A stretch of 64,000 nt of DNA from Podarcis muralis (Eukaryota). Position 1 is the stretch's first letter. Every line of letters starts with the position of its first letter. The stretch is taken from positions 25,978,001-26,042,000 of the forward strand of contig NC_135663.1 in the NCBI RefSeq assembly GCF_964188315.1. The letters are read 5' to 3'. The translations under genes were made by a program, and so were the position numbers. This document shows, piece after piece, positions 49,175-60,595 of the stretch. The notes under the pieces are model-generated. The model saw only the letters and a program-made list of their open reading frames with translations, did no database searches and was not told the DNA's origin.

Positions 49175-51129
49175 TTTATCATCTACCACTTGAGGTTTTT
49201 AGTGGAGACTTTGAACTGTGTGATGACTGCCCGGCATGATCCTATAACACTACAGGGCCTCTAAATAAATATACTATGGGTGGTAGCCAATTAAATGTGA
49301 CTTAGAGTAGACCTATTTAAAATAATGCACCTGTTTTAGGCATGTCCATTGATTCCAGTGGGTCTACTCTGGGTAAAACTTACTTGAATACCACCCTCCG
49401 GGGTTATTTTTTCAGAAGATATAGCTGCAGTAACCTGAAGTAATATAAAAGATGCAAATATTACAAAGCCAAACTTGGGTCTTGACTGTACCAGTGGTAA
49501 ACTTGGCTCTTGACTGTACCAATTCAGATGGGGTACCATGCAACTAAATGTCCCACTATACAAGCAATTAGAATTCCTGCACTAGATGTCAGAGAGGTAG
49601 GTTCAAGTCTTGTAGTCTGGGTGCCATAATAGTTTTCTACTTGTCTGAATGTTTGGGGAGAGTGAGGAACATCACCTCCCAATAGACTCAGCCTAAAGTA
49701 TGAAGTGCCATAATTTGGAGGACAAACGATTCCTATCGCATCCATTTCTGAGAGCACTAGGCCAATGTGTAGCAACAGATTTCACAACTGAAGCTAAAAG
49801 AATTAGCAGTGGTTTTATTCAGGGGGGTGTGCAACACTTGGAATAAATCCCTAGCTAATTTTTAGTTCCTTTGATTAAAATTAATGATCCCCAATGGATG
49901 GCAAGGCTTAGATTTGGAACGCAAGGTCTATGAAATGACACATTAGAATCCCAATGTTATATTTAAAATAAATCTCCATTTCTAATACACTTTTGCAAGT
50001 GCAGAGTTGGGAAATCCCAGCTGAAGGTGATCATTTCTGCTACTGACTTCACTGAGAGTGCTAAGGAGGCATTTAATCTCAGCTGCCCAATGTTTATAAT
50101 GTCACGTACACAGCACAGGGTATTTGAACAAAAACCTAACTACAAAGCAGTAACAAAACAGTACGAAACTTTCATTAAACATCACCTGAATCATGTTGAG
50201 ATGCTCAAATTTGCACACCATAAAACCAGTTTGCTGAAATTACCTCTTTTTACCAGGTCAGCATCTTGACTGGGGGCGGGCAGAAGAGACAGAGGGAGAG
50301 AGCCCAATCCTGATCTAGCAGGATTCTAGTATTCATCTCAGAACCAACATATCAAGGCCATGTCAATCTCACTTATCCTCTGAATTACACAGCACTTCAT
50401 TCTTCACCTGAATAGTAAGTGCACTAATATTTGCAGCGCTGCTGCTTCTCAGCATGCATGAATCCAGGATAACAATTAAAAGGGAAACTGTGTTAATTAT
50501 TCATTTTGAAGAACAGGCAGAGAGGAGGTGGCAGGGTGACCTGCATTCCCCTTTGGATTAAACATTGCCTGGGTGTAATCAGCTATGATGATGAAATCAT
50601 CTCCTCGTCCATCTGCAAGGCGGGAGGCGAATGAGCAACGCTCTGCCGAGACTCTCTGTCATCTTCCCTGAGAAAGACCCTAACTCTTCCCTGCACCGGT
50701 GCAATGTTGCATCAGCAACATGTAGCAGTAAGAGAATAGGGAATTGTGGGGTATAACTGTATGGCGCTCTGTCTAGTTTCTCTATTTTACAATAACATCG
50801 CCTTGCGCATAGGATTGTTGTCATGTCAGAAGCTCATAGATAGTCCAGCTTCTTTGAATTGTTCAGCTTTGAGTTTTTAAAACACTAAGGGGTGAAATTA
50901 CATTTCTTTCAATGAGAATGAAGATTGCTAAACTCTCCTACTGAAATCAGTAGTGCTTGAAAATGCTTAACTTTCAAGTACCTCCAACACATGACTTTTA
51001 TAGCACATGACTTCCCCCAGAGAACCCTGATAACTGTAACTTGTTAAGGATACTGTGAGGGGATAACGACATCTCTCAGGATTCTTTGAGGGGAGTTGTG
51101 TGGTTTAAATGCCTGGATTATCTCGAGAC

Positions 51130-51267
51130 CAGGGGTAGCAAACCTGCAGCCCTTCAGATGTTGCTGGACTACAACTCCCATCGTCCTTGACCACAGAGCA
51201 TGCCATCTGAGTCTGATAAGACTGAAAGTCTAACAACATCTGGAGGGCCACAGGTTCCCCTACCTTG
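51130..51267. mobile_element. Palindromic hAT-type MITE
   Basis: gactacaactccc core, same family as the 59478 host element and the copies near 1455-1594 and 40380-40460. Confidence 0.7.
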
Positions 51268-54200
51268 GTTCCAGACATTTTACTTCTCTGTAGACAGTAT
51301 ACTGTATTTCCCAATTGCTCACATTCATGTTTTTTCTTTTCTTTTTGGCAGCAAATTAACAAGTGTTGTTTGGGAGCCTGTTTAGAATTATTTATCTTGT
51401 TCTCTTTACCTGCTATTATCTGTTGGTTTGTTATGGGGTTTGGGCAATAATTTATATTTATTGTTGACTGGTAATTTGAATACCTAAAAATTATAACCAC
51501 CTCAGAAACCAGTTTGAATAAATTGAGGGATCAATCATCCATGTGTCATGAGAAGCAGTGGTTCTCAGATTGTGATTCTAGTACATTTCAGGTGTATGGG
51601 ACCACTTTGTCAGGAAATACTCAGGGGAGAGGAATAGAATTCTCTAAAAACAAAAACTATCACCTTTCCCACTTCAAGGACATTCTTCTGCTCCCTGTTT
51701 TCTGTTCCTGTGATCAGTTTTGGCCCACAAGACTTACCAAGTGTAACATGCATCTAACACGTCCTCCTACAGCTGCATTGAGAGAAGCAGGAAGTGACAG
51801 TTATAGGCTTAGGAGCTTCTCACAAGTTCTTTCATCTCTGTGGCCCAAATTTACATTATTTACAGAAATCCCCACAAGTCCAAAAAACTTCAGTGACTGT
51901 GCCTAAGGAATGATGACTCTGGTCCTGGCCACAGCTGACAGTGTTGGTCTTCAAAGAAATACTAGCCTTTCTCCCCTCAAAAACATTGGTTCCTACTACT
52001 CCGATCCTAGAACAACTGGCCATTGTCTTATGAAGGATTAAAATAAGTGTAAGCATTAATTTTCATCATCGGCTACAGAATAGTTTGTACCCGCAGGTCT
52101 TTGCCTTCCAGAGCCAACGATGGGACCCAAATGTGCAGATGGCTCCCTGGATACAGTCATTATGTGGATATAAGTTCCTTAAAAGTCAATGCAACCGAGC
52201 TCTGGGCTTCCTGGAGACATCTGGTGTGTCTCCTGTTGAAAACAGGATGTCAAGACTTGATAGATCCTCGATAGACCCGTTCAGTAGGGCAGGGCTCTTT
52301 TTGACTCCCAAGCAATGTTTTTAGGATCAGTATTATTACCTTTCATTTTTCTTCAACAGACATCTTGGGCCATTACTGCCCATTTTAATCATTTCCCCAT
52401 CCAATAAGTCTGGTGACATTTCCATTCAGTTACGCTGTACGTCCTCCGCTGACATGCAAGGGGTTGGGTAGTAAGGTCTTTTTGTTCTCCTTCCTTGGCT
52501 CAATGGCACCAGTTGATCTCAGCAGAGGCATAGTCCAAACTGATGTTTTCGAAGCTGGTGATGGGCGCAGGATGCAGTTCCCCCCCTAGAGTAGGCCATC
52601 ATGTTAATCAGGGTTGATTTGTAAACGGCGTCTCCCCACCCCCAATCCCTTTGCTTGACTCCCGCTTTTCTGCTCAATGGCACAGATGCTGCTTTGTGCT
52701 GCCTGAGACCAGGCAGCTATTAACAGCAAATCCAGCGAAGGGAATTAATGAAGGAGTCTACTAATAAAAGACAGCTCAGGACAGCCAGACCAACTTGCTC
52801 CGAGCAGTAATTAACTTTTTAAAATACTCATGAAGGTAAATATTCCATCAGTGATGGCCCATGCTCTCCTCTCCTTTTTTTTTTCTTTTTTAATAAAGGC
52901 AGGAGAGAAAGGGAAAAGGGGTAAGGGGAACACTCTGATCCCAAGAAGCTTTAAGACTATCAATTGTCCATGCCAATAAGAACCATTTTCAGTGAGTTGC
53001 TGTGATTTCCTTCTCTTTCCAAGTCCCCAGCACAGAAAATATGGAGCAATTCTCAAGAGGCCAAGACAGAAACGATCCAAGCGAGAACTTCTCCATAATT
53101 AAAATAATTCAGAAAGATTAACTAAAAATCCCCCCGTAGCACAAATTGATGACAGTAGACTGCATTTTGGATGGGTTGATCCCCTCCCAGAGGACTATAA
53201 TTGTATTACCATTCTCTTTTGTTATGAATTTGGATTTTAATAATATTCAACAACACTATTTAAAAAAACAAATTATCAATGAGGCTTTGGCAGAGAACAC
53301 CCTTGTGGGTTGTGTCCTAAAATCAACTGTCATGCTTGGGAAGCCCATCCACTGCTTGAGGAATCTTTTCTGGATCAAGTTCTTATAGCTTGTAGCTGCT
53401 TGTAATGGGCGAAAGCTCGGAGACGTTGAACTCCATGGCTGCTTACAGGCTTCCTATTTCAAGAGCTTGTGTGAGTTGTGCACCACAAGCAAAGGAGCTT
53501 TGCTTTGGGGAGTGGTACCTATGGGAAAAATATATACCAGATATGGGTAAAAACAGGCCACAACTTCATAGGTTACAGACTGGTTAGGCATAGAGTGAGG
53601 ATCAGTGATCATTGGGGAGCTTGCATGCTATCTGATGCTCCACCAACATCCCAGCCCTACTGCTGAGCCCCTCCAGGTCATAGCCAGCAAAGGTCCTGCT
53701 AGGGTGCAGGCCAGGCATGAGAGTTAAGCTGGCAACCTGAGTAACCAGTGCTCAGTACCCCCTTCCTGAGCCAGGGCTGGGGAGAACCATGCACACCTTG
53801 AGCTCCTTCAAGGAAAGGTGGAATATAACGGCAATCATAAATAGCAATAAGTGTCATCAGGTAAAACATAAAGGGATCACGCAACCGCATAGGTAATTCC
53901 TGCTCTTGCCACATCACTGTCCACACATGCAGTGTGGGAGAATGGGGCTCTGTCCACATGCTGACGCATGCATGTACGGTTCCTCCACACAAGAGGGGGT
54001 CCTGAGTGGAATAGGAGACCACAGCTTGGTGTGATACACATGCAGGGCCCTTTCTCATGGGTGACAAATGAGTAGAGCTGGGGTGTATCTACTGAGCATG
54101 CCAGGGACGGGGCTAGACCATAGAGCCCTGGGACATGTTATTTGAACACATGAGGAGGGGTGTCTGAAACCCTTTATCTCTCAGTCTCAACATTCACATT

Positions 54201-54978
54201 TGTAATATGAACATAATAATGTCCTCACTTGCAGGGTTGTCTTAAGCGTTGAAGGTTTCAGACGTTCATAACAGTGTGTATTACCATTATCCCAGAGTAT
54301 GAGCTGAGTATTATATTTTTGGTGCATCCTAAAAGGAATCTAAATTCAAGAAGCAAGGGCAACAGTGTTTGTTTTTAATGTCAGGAAGGGTCATTATTAT
54401 GAACTCTGGTTGTGAGCTGATTAAATTGGCCAGACCGAACTGGAACAAAGTACCAGATTTTGAAGTCCTCATATTTGTAGCTTCCTTTTACTTACATAGA
54501 TTGTAGTCCAAGCTAATGAGGCCATTTCAAAAATTTGAACAGTTCACAAGTCCAAGTTGCGCACGACAGACAGGATTCACCTATCGTGCCCCATCAGCAG
54601 AGGGCCTGCACAAGAACCTCCGCTTGTACAACGATGCTTCCTACCTCCTCCCTTCTGTGCCCCCCAATGACTGGGTGGGGGGTCAGGAGAACCCACAGAA
54701 CAGCATGCTGGGGGAGGAGAGGGGTTTCCATTCCATCTGGCTTGCGCAGACATAACATTTGTAATAGCCCAGCGTTGAATTGCACCTTGGGCATTTTAAA
54801 ATAAAATATTCAACCGGGCAGGAAAAACAAATACTAGGGCTTAAATCTGCTCATGGGAAAAGCCAAGTCAGATTAATCCTTGATTCACGATGAGGTTTTG
54901 GGACATTTTCATTCAGACATTTTCTTCAAATCAAGGGGAATTTAGAGGTGCTACCACTCATTTATTGCTTGTGAATTT

Positions 54979-55032
<54 letters not shown>
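54979..55032. repeat. Compound (TA)n(TG)n microsatellite
   Basis: Read directly. Confidence 0.95.
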
Positions 55033-55033
<1 letters not shown>

Positions 55034-55842
55034 CCCCCCTACTAGTTTGAGTGTAGAAATAAAATTTGTTTTGGCTCTTACATTTTGCAAGCAAAACTGC
55101 TACTTAGGTGGGTGGGTGTTTTGATCGGTCAAAAGAGAGCATCTAGTTCTCTCCAATATTGTTCATACCTATGAAAATAAGATTAGGGGACACAATTCCT
55201 TTCTCTTGTTCAATTGCCCAATTGTGTGGTTGAGTGCAGCTGCCCTGAGCTGCCTGCCACAGAGTCAAAATCTTCCCAATAAGCTTTCGGCGCTCGCCTA
55301 GAAAACACAGGCTTAGCTCCCATTTAACCGCCAGCCTCGCTCCTGGCTCTGTTTTATTCCTTCACGCTGAGTTTATCTGATTACTTCAGCCATGTGAAAC
55401 AGAAGGCCTGTTGACACCCTCAAGTGAAGGCCTCGGTCTCATGTGTGGCTGGAGATCATCAGTGATTCTGTGAAGAGGCAGAAATAAGCTCTAGAGGAAC
55501 ACTGGAATGGCTTGAATGGAGCCAGCATTATACATATTTCTGTCACGCAAACAAATGAGGAATGACTGCGTTGATGTACAGCAGGCACTAGTTCCTCAGA
55601 CTGCCGGCAATGAAAATATGGCAGAAGACACATCACCATGATTGGCTAAACATCTATCTCCTCTAGGAACTGGGGTTCTGTGAGGAGTGGGGTCAGAATT
55701 CTTAGCACAGAATCCTCCAGACTACAATTCCCAATATTTTTTTAAGGGCAGGAGAGTGAAACCTGTTTCAGTCTGAGGGTCAGTGGTGGAGGGGGCAAGG
55801 CAAAAAGTGGGTGGGGCGACAGATGTGACTTTTTCTTTTGTA

Positions 55843-56225
55843 AGGTAAAGGTAAAGGACCCCTGGATGGTTAAGTCCAGTCGAATTCGACTATGGGGTGC
55901 GGCACTCAACTCCGCTTTCAGGCTGAGGGAGCTGGCATTTGTCCTCAGACAGCTTTCCGGGTCATGTGGCCAGCATGACTAAACCACTTCTGGTGCAAGA
56001 GAACACCGTGACGGAAGCCAGAGAGCATGGAAACGCTGCTTACCTTCCCGCTGCAGTGGTACTTATTTATCTATTTGTGATGGTATGCTTTTGAACTGCT
56101 AGGCTGCCAGGAGCTGGGACAGAGCAAAGGGAGCTCACCCTGTTGCGTGGATGTGAACTGCTGACCTTACAATCAGCAAGCTCAAGAGGCTTGGTGGTTT
56201 AGACCACAGTGCCACCCGCATCCCC
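55843..56225 (-). mobile_element. Sauria SINE
   Basis: 11-bp TSD TTTCTTTTGTA. Confidence 0.85.
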
Positions 56226-56426
56226 TTTCTTTTGTACAGTAGCTGCAGTCCAGACACCCAGAACTTTCTTCTACCCATGTATCTCTCCTTCCAGATAAGC
56301 AAACGGAATAATTACTATTCATGGACACACTGCAGGCAGAATGGGCGGTGGCATTAGAGCAGACAAGTTAGGGAGAGAAGGTGTGGCCTGAGGAAAGCTC
56401 TGAGGACTAGATAGAGAGCCAAGGTG

Positions 56427-56428
56427 TT

Positions 56429-56460
<32 letters not shown>

Positions 56461-56475
56461 CACGCGTGCGCACAA
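56427..56475. repeat. (GT)n(GC)n alternating purine-pyrimidine tract
   Basis: Read directly; Z-DNA-prone composition. Confidence 0.9.
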
Positions 56476-57542
56476 GCACGCACGAGATTGCATTGCTTTG
56501 AGAAAGTTATGTCTGCCAACAAGGTGCAAAATCAATGTACATTTGTAGTATCAATATGCTCAGAGAGAAACAAGTAGTGGTGCTCACTTTAAACTCTAGA
56601 GCAAATTTCTCGCAGCTTTTAACATGTTTGGACCTAATCCATAAATTGCCATGGCAATGTGGAGGCCATCAAATAGCAAACTGTCCCATTCTGCTCTGTG
56701 CTATGACAAGTAAGTAAGTAAGTAAATTTTTATTTATACACCAGCCAAGACCAACCTCAAGTATTCATCAGGGCCAGCTCTCCATGTTGGTCCCACATGG
56801 AGGAGAAGCAAGCATTATTGCACAATTCTTTCTAAGGTCACAAACAGACTGAGTTTCTATTTCTCTGAGGCTTTGATGTTTGGCTTCCGACATTTCATTT
56901 TGTATTGCGATTGGCGACAGAAAACGAAGGGACAAACAGCTGATCAACAGCGATGGTAATCCACTGGCTTTGTCTAAAGGGGGTGGGGGAAATATCTTTG
57001 TTTAAGATTACACAGCCAAATTATGGTTGTAGATCAGGAACACTCTTTTTAATTATGGCGATATGCTCTGAGATGTATGCATTACTTGAAAGAAAGCACA
57101 CACAGCCCCTTGGGGTTCGGCCTTTGTCGAGCTGGCACTAGGTTTGGCTTCTCAATGCTATTCTTATGCCAAGGAGGGCAATAAACCCCCTTGAGAGACA
57201 TAGAACTGCCAGTTGAGCTTTGACAGTGTGGAGAAGCTTTTATACCAAAAGCATAATACACAAAGGGACCATAAAGATGTTTTCAAGGAAGATGACCTCT
57301 TTGTCAGGAGAAATTAAGCTTTTGTGGCAAAGAGCTGCTATGGAAACAAGCGGCCCCTATTTCCCCTCCGTAATTTTGAACTGACAGTTGTCCATTTATA
57401 TCCCCTCTCACACATCTGAAACCAAGCCCACGCCAACATTCTTGCGGGGCACCAACAACCGTTCCCAGTCTGTAAAAGCTAGACATGTCCTATCGCACAT
57501 GATACTAAGAAGCACCTTTGAGACCATTTATGCTGTGTGTTA

Positions 57543-57901
57543 GGGATGCGGGTGGCGCTGTGGGTAAAACCTCAGTGCCTAGGACTTGCCGATCGCATGG
57601 TCGGCGGTTCGAATCCCCACGGTGGGGTGCGCTCCCGTCGCTCGGTCCCAGCGCCTGCCAACCTAGCAGTTCGAAAGCACCCCCAGGTGCAAGTAGATAA
57701 ATAGGGACCGCTTACCAGCGGGAAGGTAAACGCCGTTCCGTGTGCTGCGCTGGCTCGCCAGATGCAGCTTGTCACGCTAGCCACGTGACCCGGAAGTGTC
57801 TGCGGACAGCGCTGGCACCCAGCCTATAGAGTGAGATGAGCGCACAACCCTAGAGTCTGGCAAGACTGGCCCGTACGGGCAGGGGTACCTTTACCTTTAC
57901 C
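57543..57901 (+). mobile_element. Sauria SINE (young)
   Basis: Perfect 15-bp TSD TTATGCTGTGTGTTA at 57528-57542 and 57902-57916. Confidence 0.92.
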
Positions 57902-59560
57902 TTATGCTGTGTGTTAATACTATTAATGATGAATACAAACCAGAAAAAAGAACTCTGAAGCCTGCATCTATCTAATGACTCTGGCCCACAATTTTTTTTG
58001 CCATAATAAACTTTTTTAAGATGCTGCAGGACTCTTTGCCATTTTATCTGGTAAATATAGGCTGCATGTATGCTTTATGAGACCTATGTAAGCCCAAGTT
58101 TATTTGCACTTTATATACCCAATAGATTGATCAGCTTCCCAAACCTCCAAACTGTATGGCTGTCAAGATATCTGCAATGTTCATAAATGGGAAGGTTCTC
58201 TACAGAGACATGTGGATTCTGTGATGCACAGAATCTGATTGTTGACTGGTTCACACATGCACTGTTCATGCATGGTGCAGGCAACATTTCAGTGATCATC
58301 AGCATGGGTGTAGCCAAGGGGGGCAGTGGGCAGCTCCCCCCCCCCCCCCAGATCAAGTAAAACAATAAAAACACTTAACTAACTGAGGTTCTGCCCCCCA
58401 ACATAAATCCTGGCTAGATATAATTTTATTGTATTGTGAAAACAAGAAATCAAAATAGCATGGAAGTGGTATATAATCCTTCCTCGCTACCCTCATTAAC
58501 TTAAATAATGAAACAGATCTCCTCGTTTTACAGTCCAATAGAAGCCTAAGTACACAGAATCCCCACTAAAAACTCCATTTGGCTCCATGTTCTGATGTAT
58601 TGCAGCTGTTATAGTCTGTAACAAAGCAGACAATTCTGGTGTAATCTAGCCCCGTGTTCAAATATTATTTCAGCCATAAACTTACTAGGTGGCCTTAGGT
58701 GAGTCACCATCTCTTAGCCTCCACCAGGGTGAGGGTCATTGGGGCTGGCATCATTAGGCATCTGCCAAAATTCACAGTCTGCAAAAGGGGGGGGGGTGTT
58801 GCTGACCTCCAAAGCCACCTGCTCACATGGCCTGCTCACTTGTCCTCTCCAAGCATGCAAGCAGGGATAAAGCTGGCAAGATGGAGCAGCAGCATCCATT
58901 TGCGTTCCACACCATCTGGACCAGGTGTGCAGATTGGTCCCAGAGGAAGATAGCAAGTAAATGAGTAGTGATGACAATGACAAGGAAGAGGCGGGACCAC
59001 TCAGAGAAGAGACCCACAGAGGACATCTTGCTCAAGAGCACCCCCCCCCAAAGAATCTGGATGAACCATTTGTGCCCTCACTTACCTCACCTGCAATATT
59101 TAGTTAGTCAGTTATTATACATTTATAATATCCTAACTTTCATCCAATGATCTCAGGATGGCATACATGGTTCTCCTGTGGGATGGGTTTTAATGGGTAG
59201 GAGAGGATATATTAATTGCAATTTATCCCTCCAGGCTCCCATATGTGTGGGCTGAACAGAATTTCAAAATCCCATCATTGGCAGCAAAATTAAAAGCATA
59301 GGAATTAGGCTGCAAAAACCCTGTTTTGGGCAAGTCCAGCTATGAAGTAAGCTGGCTTCCCCCTTCTTATCCCACTTCAGGCAACAACTTGTGAAGCAAA
59401 TTTAAAAATATAACTTGCTTTCTTGTAATCCTTTATTGGCAGTAAAAACTATGCAGGCAAAATACTTATATTTACAGCAGGCATAGGCAAACTCGGCCCT
59501 CCAGATGTTTTGGGACTACAACTCCCATGATCCCTTGCTAACAGGACCAGTGGTCAGGGA

Positions 59561-60595
59561 CAGCGGCGTAGCGTGGGTTGTGAGCACCCGGGGCAAGGCA
59601 AGTAATTTGCGCCCCCTAACCCGTGGATTTGTGCCCCCTAACCTGTGGATTTGCGCCCCCTAACCCGTGGATTTGCCCTAACCCCAGATGTTGCGCCCGG
59701 TGTGGCCGGCCCCCCCTGCACCCCCCACGCTACGCCACTGCATAGGAGGCACAGAATGCAATTAGCTTTTTATTAACAGAAAATAACAACACAGTAGAGT
59801 CCTCTGGTTTGTCCTAATCCAGCTGAGACGTTGCTGAAACTGACCACTAGCTTTGCCCTTCCCCATCTTGCCTTTCGCTCTGGATCCCTCCCAAGCAGAC
59901 AAAGGCTGCCTTGGCGGGGTGGGATCCTGCTCTGGGATTACATGGCCCGTTGCTCAGAAATGTGCAAGACTCTCCTCTAGGAGAGCCAGCAGGACCAGGA
60001 CTGTCCTGCTGCTGTGTAGCAAGCGCAACCTCTGGCTCCTCTTTGTCTGAGTCTGTGCTCACACCAGCGGCGCAGCTAGCCGCTCGGGGGCCCGGGGCGG
60101 CGCGCGCGTCCTGCAGCCAGGGGCGAGTGCCATGCGGGAGAGCCATGGCAGGGCGCGCTGCGTGGAGCCTCGCTGCAGCCTCCCCCTCAGCTGTAGGGAG
60201 GCTGGGGCGGTGGGCAGAGGCCAGAGCGGAGCTTGCGGGCACTTCGCCTGCAGACGCATGGCTCAGGCACGCTGCAGGCGCCGAGGTGTGGCGCCCAGTG
60301 CCCCCCGCCTCCCCTAGCTACCAGTGGCATAGGAAGGGGTGTGCGGTGGGTGCGGGGCTGAAAGGACAGACGAGGCTCCAGCAACCACCCCCACCGCTAA
60401 GTCCGCCGGTCCTGCAATCCCTTGCACGCTCACTTGGAAGTACAGTGGTACCTCGGGTTACATACGCTTCAGGTTACAGACTCCGGTAACCCAGAAATAG
60501 TACCTCGGGAGGGGCAGAGAGCTGCGAGTGCGCCCCCCCCAGATGTTGCGCCCGGTGCGGCCGGCCCCCCTTGCACCCCCCACGCTACGCCACTG
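59561..60595. mobile_element. Composite non-autonomous hAT insertion with internal ends and passenger DNA
   Basis: TIR CAGCGGCGTAGCGTGGG / CCCACGCTACGCCACTG (16/17); perfect 8-bp TSD GTCAGGGA at 59553-59560 and 60596-60603; second right end at 59682-59740; diverged left-like end at 60322. Confidence 0.85.
60443..60508 (+). mobile_element. Truncated left end of a Tc1/mariner-type MITE
   Basis: TA|CAGTGGTACCTCGGGTTACATACGCTTCAGG, nearly identical to the left end of the 39959-40184 element. Confidence 0.8.

Noticed and set aside
59911-60489. 192-aa GC-rich ORF as NEUROG2 or another host gene in situ
   Set aside because: No bHLH motif; it lies inside a TSD-bounded transposon insertion and runs into a mariner MITE fragment
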